DNA of 64,000 nucleotides, from positions 90,582,001 to 90,646,000 of the forward strand of contig OZ296649.1 in the NCBI GenBank assembly GCA_965655095.1. The letters run 5' to 3'. The notes beneath the pieces are model-generated. The model did no database searches and was not told the origin of the DNA. It saw nothing but the letters and a program-made list of their open reading frames with translations. A program made the position numbers and the translations under genes. Shown here piece by piece: positions 38,101-50,900 of the stretch (the first letter of the stretch is position 1; every line of letters starts with the position of its first letter). The stretch comes from Haplodiscus bocki. Its lineage: Eukaryota.

Positions 38101-38906
38101 TGTAAAGTTTCTTACTCTTCCTCTTCCAGATAACCGTCGTAAAAAAACTTCAAATTGATATACCTAAACTTTGACTTATCATAAATTTCTCTGGAGATCA
38201 CTTTATATTGTTCGCTGAGACAAAAAATCAAGTTCTTTTGATCTTCGTTTCAAAGAGATTGTTTAACAAAGATGTTGCATTCATATATATCCTTGTACCT
38301 TTCCAACCCACAGGTCAGGGATACTACTGTTTGAAAGATCCATGTATTAGTGAAGGTTATGAGTAAGCATCGCAAGTCTTTAACAAAATTAAAGTCCCAC
38401 AGACGACAGACTTTGGTAATGAATGATTCATCATCATTGAGACTCTGGAGTGTTTTATCAACATTTCCGCTGTCATGCATCGCAACGTCACCCAAATTTT
38501 GTTTGAGAATCAAAATTGGATTGAAATACTCAGGTACACGAAAAGTAGTATGCTCGAAACCTAGTTTACCTCTTAGCTCAACCATGCAGTTCTTACAAAT
38601 CTTTTCTGTTAATAACAATCAAGAAGTTTAATTAGCAGGCAAGTTGGTCATTGTAGACATTATCTCAATAAAGCGGGTTTCCACATCTGCTCAAAATTGA
38701 ACGTCTGAAGTGATTTTCCTTTTTGCCAGCTTCCTCAAGAGCAAATTGCAGGGCTCGCAAAATCAGAACACGCTATCAAATTGCAAGACGACCAGTGATT
38801 TGGCCTTTATTTTGGAACATCGGACCTGAACCTACTGCTGACGTTTGTAACACCGGATAACAGTTGTCTGTCGAATAACTGGAGCAACGGGAGGGTTCGT
38901 CCTCTG
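35150..38906 (-). mobile_element. pPolB element, 5' end through motif A region, decayed
   Basis: Degenerate terminus cagaggacgaac...ttgctcca at 38906; then RCGNPLY, EELK...IGK, QLIEL, FDPKWID, DVVPDL (ExoIII, ~35670), GICLRKLT, EEVV..PSI, LVGLD (motif A, ~35170), all collinear. Confidence 0.7.
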
Positions 38907-38999
38907 TGGTCTCCCCTCTGGTATTGATTGCTTGGGCTTTCATGAGATGAAATGTTTTACTAAGTTCATCACGACAATTCTTAGTTTCAAATTTCACTA

Positions 39000-41910
39000 T
39001 GTTCACGATTGGTGGTTAAACTGTAGAAGACTCTCGCCGAGTGTTTATTTCATTGAGATTATCGAAACAAAGTGATTTGAACAACTTGAAGGTTAACCTG
39101 ATAAACTGTTTGGTGCAATGATCAAAAACTGTTCGCAGATAGCTTTCTGGGAATTTTTTATCATGTGGGAAAAAATCTATCTGTGAATCAAAACAACCTA
39201 AACAACCTAATCTTGGACAACAAATTAGGTTTAAATTTATTTGCAGACTACAGTGCCTTGATAAGTAGGTGTGAGAAAGAAATTATAGTAAAGTGGGACA
39301 ACACTTCATTGCACCAATGAACGAAAGCGCAGAATCACAGATAACTGGCCGCTCAAATTTCTAAGGACAACATCAAAAAACTGGCTAAAAATCAAATTCC
39401 TTTTTAGAAAAGTGCCGATTTTTCAACCGCACACTCTAACAAGGGTGAGTCACCCAACTCGGGAGCAAAATCTTTTTTTCCAAATTGAACCAACTAAATC
39501 TTATTGTTGTTTTGGAAGAGCTTTCTTCAACTAAACAGACAGGTAAATCTTCCTACGTTTCAAGTGTATAACCTAAAGATTTATCATTATCAACGATGTT
39601 CCAAACATCAGTAGAAAGTTAGAAACTCAATCCATTAGCATTTTTTGGCAGGTCATTAAGGTACTGAACAAACAGAAGATGAAAGAGTGTTGAGCACTCA
39701 AACAACCTTTTACCAAGTGCGAGAAGTGCTTGTGTTAACATTAAAAATTTTGCTCTCTGCCACCTAAACATGAATTTATCCGATGTTTTGCTACGCACAA
39801 GACTCCATAGATTTCTAGTTTTCTCAGGAAACATCCATGATTATTCCATCAAAAATTTTTTCCACTCCAAAATCAAACTATATTTGATAATTGTTTCACA
39901 AATGATTTTTCCAATAAGCTCAGTTAGGGCATCAATGTATCATGATACGTTCAAAAATCAAACGGTTCAACAAAAATTACTTTCATGGACTCCAAATACT
40001 TGCAAAATTGACCGAAGATGTTACGTTTCAAGAATTTACTCCAATGGGGCAAAATCAATTTCGATCGATAGTTTTTTAACGTCGGTTAGTGCACCAATTA
40101 TGGAAAACGTTGTGACACCTGTGGAGTTGTGACAATCTAGAAACTAATATAAAAGTGAAATGACTTGTTGAAAAGGTAAACCAGTGTCTCTAATAACACA
40201 AGTAAGCTAAGTTTTGGAAATTCGGCGTTTGTGTTATCAAATATTTCAGATTTCCCACCCGATAGTTTCTTTTCAATTTTGTATACCTCCAATTCAGTCA
40301 CTGGAAAAAAGGAACAACCTTGACCATACGCTTTTTTCACAACCAAATTTGTGCATTCCACTTTGCGCTTAACTAATTCATCCAAATTATTACGTCCTTT
40401 TCTACCGAATTTCTCGTTGGAAGTTCCTGAAAGGTCGAGATTTTTTTCTCATCTCGCCAAATTGACTTTTCAGCAGATGGCTGGATTTTCCGACTTTTTG
40501 AGCAGAAACCTTTATTGATCTTTTATGTAGGACTTGGCTCCGCCTATCATTCAGGCAAACTCTCCGCTCATTAAAATTGTGTTTTTGTCAGCCACATAAT
40601 TTGTTGGTCAACCAATATCGTGATATGTTCCCTATCGGGGGTGATAGTCAAAAAAAACATACCGACGGTTTAATTCGCAACAAAACTTTCATAAGTGTTG
40701 TCATACCAAGAAAGCCTGCTGCGTTTGCAAGTCCTTTCCGTTTTCGTTTTGTGAACACGCCTTTTGTGCTTTTATTAGAACTCAGAAAGTCCCTAAATTG
40801 GGATTCAAGGCCAAATGTACATTAGCAGTGGCAGACATTAGACTGTGCGCATGTAAGAGAAAATTTAGAACACTCTGTTCCTTCGGAAATAATTAACGAT
40901 TCGCATAAGACTCAGATCTGCGTGTTTGAACTTTAAACAATGGGAGTCGGACAAAAACTCGATATAGGCCAGTTTTTTTCAACACTTGATACCTTTTATT
41001 TAGTAGTTTGAAAAACCGAATGTGAAAAGTCTGAAGCCTGAGTACTTACTTTTGCTTTGTTGTTCTTGTTGATTCTATAATCAGTTGCAAAAAACCATTG
41101 AAGTCTTAAGTTTTAGAATAAAAAGAAACCATTTAATTTGTCGTCTCAATTCAAAAATCAATTACCCTACTTCGTTTTGATAACCTGTTTATTCAGAACA
41201 GAAAGATGAAACCAGGGTCACAATGATAAATTTTGGAAACGTTTTCAGACACCAGTTTTGAGTTGCCGGTTTTTTGTGAACGGTCACCTTATGGCTCATC
41301 AAGTTGAATCCAGCTACCTCAATACGTTGACATAACGTCCACGCTAACATGGCATGCAGAAGCATCACATCACCATTGATTAAAACTCTCTTCCGGGCAT
41401 CCTTCAAATAGGATTTATTTGAAATCAGCCCTGTTTTTGCTTGCTTGCAGACACATTTGACAACAATGGGAACTCCCTCTCCATCTCTTGCTGTTTTGCC
41501 GGGCACCCGGTGACAAATCCTAATTGCCTCGTGCGACACCCAAACACCAGCCTCAGCAGCCACATCAACAACCTACTGCTACACGTCTTTATCTGTTTCT
41601 TACTTGACTCTGAAAAACCTGATGTTGTCCTTTTGATCATACTGTCGATAGGAATTAACGTTGAACAGACTCTTCAGCTTGGTGCTGGTTGCCAGCTCCG
41701 TCAGGGTCACTGCGGTGCTCCCCAGCCACGCAAACTCTGTAGCAGCGCAGATACCCCACATCAAAGGCCCATTTCGATGCAAACCTGCGAGGCGTGCGGT
41801 CAGCCCCTACCAATAAGAAAGAGACCCTAATGCTCAGGAAAAACACAAACAATAACACCATTAATCAAACTTTTAGCCATGTTCTTTTAGACAATATATA
41901 ATTAAAAAAA
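39000..41910 (-). mobile_element. Decayed CR1/L2-like LINE (ORF1, EN, RT) whose 5' part seeds the tandem array
   Basis: ORF1 QYDQKDNIR...ICHRVPG...PIVVK...INGDV; FPVTELEVYKI; NYRS; FLRKLEIYGV; LLFVQYLNDLP; YYNFFLTP. Confidence 0.85.
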
Positions 41911-44900
41911 TTAATGGAAAGCGGTATCACACCTGTGGAGTTGTGATAATCTGGAAACTCATATAAAAGTGAAATGACTGGTTGACAAGAAAAACCAGAG
42001 TCTTTATCATCACGAGTAAGCTAAGTTTTGGGACTTCGGTTTCTGTGTTATCAATTATTTCAGCTTTCCCATTCGATAGTTTCTTTTCAATTTTGTATAC
42101 CTCCATGTCAGTCACTGGAAAGGAGGAACATCTTTGACCATACGCTGTTTTCCACAAGCAACTTTGTGCCTTCCACTCTGCGCTTAACTATCTCATCAAA
42201 AACATCACGTGATTTTCTACCGAACTTCTCGTTGGAAGTTCCTGAAAGTCAAGATTTTTTTATCATCTCGCCAAATTGAGTTTTCAGCAGACACCTGGGT
42301 TTTCCGATTGTTTGAGCAGAAATTAATATTGATCTTTTAGGTGAGACTCGGCTCCGCCTATCTTTCAGGCAAACACTCCGCTAATAAAATTGAGTTTTTT
42401 CTCAGCCACATATTTTTTTGGTCAACCAGTATAGTGATATGTTCTCTATCGATGGTGATAGTCAAAAAAAACATACCGACGGTTTAATCCGCAACAAAAC
42501 ATTCAGAGGTGTTGTCATACCAAGAAAACCTGCTGCGTTTGCAAGTCCTATCCGTTATCGTTTTGTGAACACGTCTTTTGTGCTTTTATTAGAACTCAGA
42601 AAGTCGCTAAATTGGGATTCAAGTCCAAATGTACATTAGCAGTGGCAGACATTAGACTGTGCGCATGTAGGAGAAAATTTAGAACACTCTGTTCCTTCGG
42701 AAATAATTAACGATTCGCATAAGACTCAGATCTGCGTGTTTGAACTCTAAACAATGGGAGTCGGACAAAAACTCGAAATAGGCCAGTTTTTTGTCAATAC
42801 TTGATACCTTTTATTTAGTAGTTTGCAAAAACCGAATGTGAAAATTCTGAAGCCTGAGTACTTCCTTTTGCTTTGTTGTTTTTGTTGCTTCTATAATCAG
42901 TTGCAGAAAACCATTCAAGTCTTAAGTTTTAGAATAAATGGAAACCATTTAATTCAACTTCTCAATTCAACAATCCATTACCCTAGTTCGTTTTGACAAC
43001 CTGTTTTTTCAGAAGAAAAAGATGAAACCAGGGTCACAATGATAATAATTGGAAAAGTTTCCAGATACTAAGTTTCAGTTGCCGGTTTTTTGTGAACGGT
43101 CATCTTATCGCTCATCAAATTCAATGCAGCTACCTCAATACGTTGACATAATGAATCACGTCACCATCGACTAAAACTCTCTTCCGGGCATCCTTCAGGC
43201 TGGGTTTATTTGAAATCAGCCCTGTTTGTTCTTGCCTGCAGACACATTTGACAACAATGGGACCTCCTTTTCAATCTTTTGCTGTTTTGCTGGGCACCCG
43301 GTGACAAATGCTAATTGCCTCGTGCGACACCTAAGCACCAGCCTCAGCAACCACATCAACAACCTACTGTTACAGGTCTTTATCTGTTTCTTACTTGACT
43401 CCGAAAAACTTGATGTTGTCTTTTTGATCATACTGCCGATTCGAATTATCATTCAACAGACTCTTCAGCTTGGTGCTGGTTGCAGGCTCCGTCAGGGTCA
43501 CTGCGGTGCTCCCCAGCCACGCAAGCTCTGTAGCAGTGCAGATACCGCACATCAAAGGCCCATTTCGATGCAAACCTGCGAGGCGTGCGGTCAGCCCCTA
43601 CCAAAAAGAAAGGGACTCTAATGCTCAGGAAAAACACAAACACTAACACCATTAATCAAACTTTTAGCGATGTTCTTTTAGACAATATATAATAAAAAAA
43701 ATTAATGGAAAGCGGTATCACACCTGTGGAGTTGTGAAAATCTGGAAACTCAAATAAAAGTGGAATGACTGGTTGACAAGATAAACCAGAGACTTTATCA
43801 TCACAAGTAAGCTAAGTTTTGGGACTTCAGCTTCTGTGTTATCAAATATTTCAGCTTTCCCATTCGATAGTTTCTTTTCAATTTTGTATACCCCCATGGC
43901 AGTCACTGGAAAGAAGGATCATCGTTGACCATACGCTGTCTTCCACAAGCAAATTTGTGCTTTTGTTTTGCGCTTAACTATCTCATCGAAAAAATCACGT
44001 GCATTTCTACCGAACTTCCCGTTGGAGGTTCCTCAAAGTTCGAAATTTTGCCTCATCTGGCCAGAGTGACTTTTCAGCAGATACCTGGGTTTTCCGATTG
44101 TTTGAGCAGAAACTATTTTTGATCTTTTAGGTAGGACTTGGCTCCGCCTATCTTTCAAGCAAACTCTCCGCTAATAAAATTGAGTTTTTTCTCAGCCACA
44201 TAATTTGCTGGTCAATCAATATCCTGATAGGTTCGCTATCGAGGGTGATAGTCAAAAAAACATACCGACGGTTTAATCAGCAAAAAAAATTTTCATAGGT
44301 GTTGTCATACCAAGAAAACCTGCTGCGTTTGCAAGTCCTTTCCGTTACCGTTTTTGAACACGTCTTTTGTGCTTTGATTAAAACTCAGAAAGTCGCTAAA
44401 TTGGGATTCAAATCCAAATGTACATTAGCAGTGGCAGACATTAGACTGTGCGCATGTAAGAGAAAATTTAGAACACCCTGTTCCTTCGGAAATAATTAAC
44501 GATTCGCATAAGACTCAGATCTGCGTGGTTGAACTTTAAACAATGGGAGTCGGACAAAAACTCAAAATAGGCCAGTTTTTTGTCAATACTTAATACCTTA
44601 TATTTAGTAGTTTGCAAAAACCGAATGTGAAAGTTTTGAAGCCTGAGTACATATTTTTGCTTTGTTGTTCTTGTTGCTTCTATAATCAGTTGCAGAAAAC
44701 CATTCAAGTCATAAATTTTAGAATAAATGGAAACCATTTCATTTGACTTCTCAATTCAATATTCAATTACCCTAGTTCGTTTTGACAACCTGTTTATTCA
44801 GAAGAGAAAGATGAAACCAGGGTCACAATGATAATATTTGGAAACGTTTCCAGATACTAGTTTTGAGTTGCCGGTTTTTTGTGAACGGTCATCTTATCGC

Positions 44901-47900
44901 TCATCAAAATGAATGCAGCTACCTCAATACGTTGACATAATGTCCACGCTAGCATGGCATGCAGAAGAATCACGTCACCATTGATTAAAACTCTCTTCCG
45001 GGCATCCTTCAGACTGGATTTGATTGAAATCAGCCCTGTTTGTGCTTGCCTGCAGACACATTTGACAACAATGGGACCTCCCTTTCAATCTTTTGCTGTT
45101 TTGCTGGGCACCCGATGACAAACGCTAATTGCCTCGTGCGACACCTAAGCACCAGCCTCAGCAACCACATCAACAACCTACTGTTACATGTCTTTATCTG
45201 TTTCTTACTTGACTCTGAAAAACCTGATGTTGTCCTTTTGATCATACTGTCGATAGGAATTAACATTGAACAGACTCGTCAGCTTGGTGCTGGTTGCCAA
45301 CTCCGTCAGGGTCACTGCGGTGCTCCCCAGCCACGCAAACTCTGTAGCAGCGCAGATACCGCACACGAATGGCCCCTTTCGATGCCAACCTGCGAGGCGT
45401 GCGGTCAGTCCCTACCAATAAGAAAGAGACCCTAATGCTCAGGAAAAACACAAACACTAACACCATTAATCAAACTTTCACCCATGTTCTTTTAGACAAT
45501 ATATTATAAAAAAAATTTATGGAAAGCGGTATCACACCTGTGGAGTTGTGATAATCTGGAAATTCATATAAAAGTGAAATGACTGGTTGACAAGATAAAC
45601 CAGAGCCTTTATCATCGCAAGTAAGCTAAGTTTTGAGACTTCGGCTTCTGTGTTATCAAATATTTCAGCTTTCCCATTCGATAGTTTCTTTTTAATTTTG
45701 TATACCTCCATGGCAGTCACTGGAAAGAAGGATCATCGTTGACCATACGCTGTCTTCCACAAGCAAATTTGTGCTTTCCTCTTTGCGCTTAACTATCTCA
45801 TCGAAAACATCACGTGCTTTTCTACCGAACTTCCCGTTGGAGGTTCCTCAAAGTTCGAAATTTTGCCTCATCTGGCCAGAGTGACTTTTCAGCAGATACC
45901 TGGGTTTTCCGATTGTTTGAGCAGAAACTATTTTTGATCTTTTAGGTAGGACTTGGCTCCGCCTATCTTTCAAGCAAACTCTCCGCTAATAAAATTGAGT
46001 TTTTTCTCAGCCACATAATTTGCTGGTCAATCGATATCGTGATAGGTTCGCTATCGAGGGTGATAGTCAAAAAAACATACCGACGGTTTAATCAGCAAAA
46101 AAAACTTTCATAGGTGTAGTCATACCAAGAAGGCCTGCTGCGTTTGCAACTCTTTTCCGTTTTCAATTTGTGAACACGTCTTTTGTGCTTTTATTAGAAA
46201 TCAGAAAGTCGCTAAATTAGGATTCAAGTCTCAATAAACATTAACAGTGGCAGACATTAGACTGTGCGCATGTAAGAGAAATTTTAGAACACTCTGCTTT
46301 TTCGGAAACAATCAACGATTCGCATTAGACTCAGATCTGCGTGTTTGAACTTTAAACAATGGGAGTCGGACAAAAACTCGATATAGGTTAGTTTTTTTTC
46401 AATACTTGATACCTTTTATTTAGTAGTTGGAAAAACCGAATGTGCATTTTCTGAAGCTTGAGTACTTATTTGTGCTTTGTTATTCCTGTTGCTTCTATAA
46501 TCAGTTGCAAAAAACCATTCGAGTCCTAAGTTTTAGAATAAATAGAAACCTTCTATAATGTGTTCTCAAATCAATAATCGTTTACTCTAATTCATTTGAC
46601 AACCTGTCTATTCAGAACAGAAAAATGAATTCAAGGTCTCAATGATGAATTTTGGAAACGTTTTCAGATACTAGTTTTGAGTTGCCGGTTTTTTTGTGAA
46701 CGGTCACCTTATGGCTCAACAAATTGATTGCAGCTACCTCAATACGTTGACATAAGGTCCACGCTAACATGGCATGCAGAAGAATCACGTCACCATTGAA
46801 AAAAACTCTCTTCCGGGCTTACTTCAGATTGGATTTATTTGAATTCAGCCCTTTTTGCGTTTGCCTGCAGAGACATTTGACATCAATGGGACCTCCCTCT
46901 CCATCTCTTGCTGTTTTGCCGGGCACCCGGTGACAATTGCTAATTTCCTCGTGCGACACCTAAGCACCAGCCTCAGCAACCACATCAACAAACTACTGTT
47001 ACATGTCTTTATCTGTTTCTTACTTGACTCTGAAAAACCTGATGTTGTCCTTTTGATCATACTGTCGATAGGAATTAACATTGAACAGACTCGTCAGCTT
47101 GGTGCTGGTTGCCAACTCCGTCAGGGTCACTGCGGTGCTCCCCAGCCACGCAAACTCTGTAGCAGCGCAGATACCGCACACGAATGGCCCCTTTCGATGC
47201 CAACCTGCGAGGCGTGCGGTCAGTCCCTACCAATAAGAAAGAGACCCTAATGCTCAGGAAAAACACAAACACTAACATCATTAATCAAAGTTTTAGCCAT
47301 GGTCTTTTAAACAATATATAATAAAAAAAATTAATGGAAAGCGGTATCACACCTGTGGAGTTGTGATAATCTGAAAAACTCATTTAAAAGTGAAATGACT
47401 GGTTGACAAGATAAACCAGAGACTTTATCATCACAAGTAAGCTAAGTTTTGGGACTTTGGCTTCTGTGTTATCAAATATTTCAGCTTTCCCATTCGATAG
47501 TTTCTTTTCAATTTTGAATACCTCCAAGGCAGTCACTGGAAAGAAGGATCATCGTTGACCATAGGCTGTCTTCCACAAGCAAATTTGTGCTTTCCTCTTT
47601 GCACTTAACTATCTCATCGAAAACATCACGTGCTTTTCTACCGAACTTCTCGTTGGAGGTTCCTCAAAGTTCGAAATTTTGCATCATCTGGCCGGAGTGA
47701 CTTTTCAGCAGATACCTGGGTTTTCCGATTGTTCGAGCAGATACTTTTTTTGATCTTTTAGGTAGGACTTGGCTCCGCCTATCTTTCAAGCAAACTCTCC
47801 GCTAATAAAATTGAGTTTTTTCTCAGCCACATAATTTGCTGGTCAACCGATATCGTAATAGGTTCGCTATCGAGGGTGATAGTCAAAAAAACATACCGAC

Positions 47901-50900
47901 GGTTTAATCAGCAAAAAAAACTTTCATAGGTGTTGTCATACCAAGAAGGCCTGCTGCGTTTGCAACTCCTTTCCGTTTTCAATTTGTGAACACGTCTTTT
48001 GTGCTTTTATTAGAAATCAGAAAGTCGCTAAATTGGGATTCAAGTCCAAATGTACATTAACAGTGGCAGACATTAGACTGTGCGCTTGTAAGAGAAATTC
48101 TAGAACACTCTGCTCTTTCGGAAACAATCAACGATTCGCATAAGACTCAAATCTGCGTGTTTGAACTTTGAACAATGGCAGTCGGACAAAAACTCGATAT
48201 AGGTTAGTTTTTTTTCAATACTTGATACCTTTTATTTAGTAGTTGGAAAAACCGAATGTGCATTTTCTGAAGCTTGAGTACTTATTTTTGCTTTTTTATT
48301 CTTGTTCGTTCTATAATCAGTTGCAAAAAACATTCAAGTCCTAAGTTTTAGAATAAATAGAAACCTTTTATAATGTGTTCTCAAATCAATAATCGTTTAC
48401 TCTAATTCATTTGACAACCTGTCTATTCAGAACAGAAAAATGAAATCAAGGTCTCAATGATGAATTTTGAAAACGTTTTCTGATACTAGTTTTGAGTTGC
48501 CGGTTTTTTTGTGAACGGTCACCTTATGGCTCAACAAATTGATTGCAGCTACCGCAATAGGTTGACATAAGGTCCACGCTAACATGGCATGCAGAAGAAT
48601 CACGTCACCATTGAAAAAAACTCTCTTCCGGGCTTACTTCAGATTGGATTTATTTGAATTCAGCCCTGTTTGTGTTTGCCTGCAGAGACATTTGACATCA
48701 ATGGGACCTCCCTCTCCATCTCTTGCTGTTTTGCCGGGCACCCGGTGACAATTGCTAATTTCCTCGTGCGACACCTAAGCACCAGCCTCAGCAACCACAT
48801 CAACAAACTACTGTTACATGTCTTTATCTGTTTCTTACTTGACTCTGAAAAACCTGATGTTGTCCTTTTGATCATACTGTCGATAGGAATTAACATTGAA
48901 CAGACTCGTCAGCTTGGTGCTGGTTGCCAACTCCGTCAGGGTCACTGCGGTGCTCCCCAGCCACGCAAACTCTGTAGCAGCGCAGATACCGCACACGAAT
49001 GGCCCCTTTCGATGCCAACCTGCGAGGCGTGCGGTCAGTCCCTACCAATAAGAAAGAGACCCTAATGCTCAGGAAAAACACAAACACTAACACCATTAAT
49101 CAAAGTTTTAGCCATGGTCTTTTAAACAATATATAATAAAAAAAATTAATGGAAAGCGGTATCACACCTGTGGAGTTGTGATAATCTGAAAAACTCATTT
49201 AAAAGTGAAATGACTGGTTGACAAGATAAACCAGAGACTTTATCATCACAAGTAAGCTAAGTTTTGGGACTTTGGCTTCTGTGTTATCAAATATTTCAGC
49301 TTTCCCATTCGATAGTTTCTTTTCAATTTTGAATACCTCCAAGGCAGTCACTGGAAAGAAGGATCATCGTTGACCATAGGCTGTCTTCCACAAGCAAATT
49401 TGTGCTTTCCTCTTTGCACTTAACTATCTCATCGAAAACATCACGTGCTTTTCTACCGAACTTCTCGTTGGAGGTTCCTCAAAGTTCGAAATTTTGCATC
49501 ATCTGGCCGGAGTGACTTTTCAGCAGATACCTGGGTTTTCCGATTGTTCGAGCAGATACTTTTTTTGATCTTTTAGGTAGGACTTGGCTCCGCCTATCTT
49601 TCAAGCAAACTCTCCGCTAATAAAATTGAGTTTTTTCTCAGCCACATAATTTGCTGGTCAACCGATATCGTAATAGGTTCGCTATCGAGGGTGATAGTCA
49701 AAAAAACATACCGACGGTTTAATCAGCAAAAAAAACTTTCATAGGTGTTGTCATACCAAGAAGGCCTGCTGCGTTTGCAACTCCTTTCCGTTTTCAATTT
49801 GTGAACACGTCTTTTGTGCTTTTATTAGAAATCAGAAAGTCGCTAAATTGGGATTCAAGTCCAAATGTACATTAACAGTGGCAGACATTAGACTGTGCGC
49901 TTGTAAGAGAAATTCTAGAACACTCTGCTCTTTCGGAAACAATCAACGATTCGCATAAGACTCAAATCTGCGTGTTTGAACTTTGAACAATGGCAGTCGG
50001 ACAAAAACTCGATATAGGTTAGTTTTTTTTCAATACTTGATACCTTTTATTTAGTAGTTGGAAAAACCGAATGTGCATTTTCTGAAGCTTGAGTACTTAT
50101 TTTTGCTTTTTTATTCTTGTTCGTTCTATAATCAGTTGCAAAAAACATTCAAGTCCTAAGTTTTAGAATAAATAGAAACCTTTTATAATGTGTTCTCAAA
50201 TCAATAATCGTTTACTCTAATTCATTTGACAACCTGTCTATTCAGAACAGAAAAATGAAATCAAGGTCTCAATGATGAATTTTGAAAACGTTTTCTGATA
50301 CTAGTTTTGAGTTGCCGGTTTTTTTGTGAACGGTCACCTTATGGCTCAACAAATTGATTGCAGCTACCGCAATAGGTTGACATAAGGTCCACGCTAACAT
50401 GGCATGCAGAAGAATCACGTCACCATTGAAAAAAACTCTCTTCCGGGCTTACTTCAGATTGGATTTATTTGAATTCAGCCCTGTTTGTGTTTGCCTGCAG
50501 ACACATTTGACAACAAGGGGAACTCCTTCTCCATCTCTTGTTGTTTTGCCGGGCACCCGGTGACAAATGCTAATTGCCTTGTGCAACACCTAAGCACAAG
50601 CCTAAGCAACCACATCAACAACCTACTGTTACACGTTTTTATCTGTTTCTTACTTGACTCCGAAAAACCTTATGTTGTCCTTTTGATCATACTGTCGATT
50701 CGAATTATCATTCAACAGACTCTTCAGCTTGGTGCTGGTTGCAGGCTCCGTCGGGGTCACTGCGGTGATCCCCAGCCACACAAACTCTGTAGCAGCGAAG
50801 ATACCGCACATGAATGGCCCATTTCGATGCCAACATGCGAGGCGTGCGGTCAGCCCCTACCAATAAGAAAGAGACCCTAATGCTCAGGAAAAACACAAAC

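Noticed and set aside
41441-50880. Recurrent 129-131 aa plus-strand ORF in six array units as a tandem gene family
   Set aside because: It is antisense to the LINE ORF1 relic, has non-ATG starts, and is truncated or frameshifted in later units; recurrence is explained by DNA-level duplication
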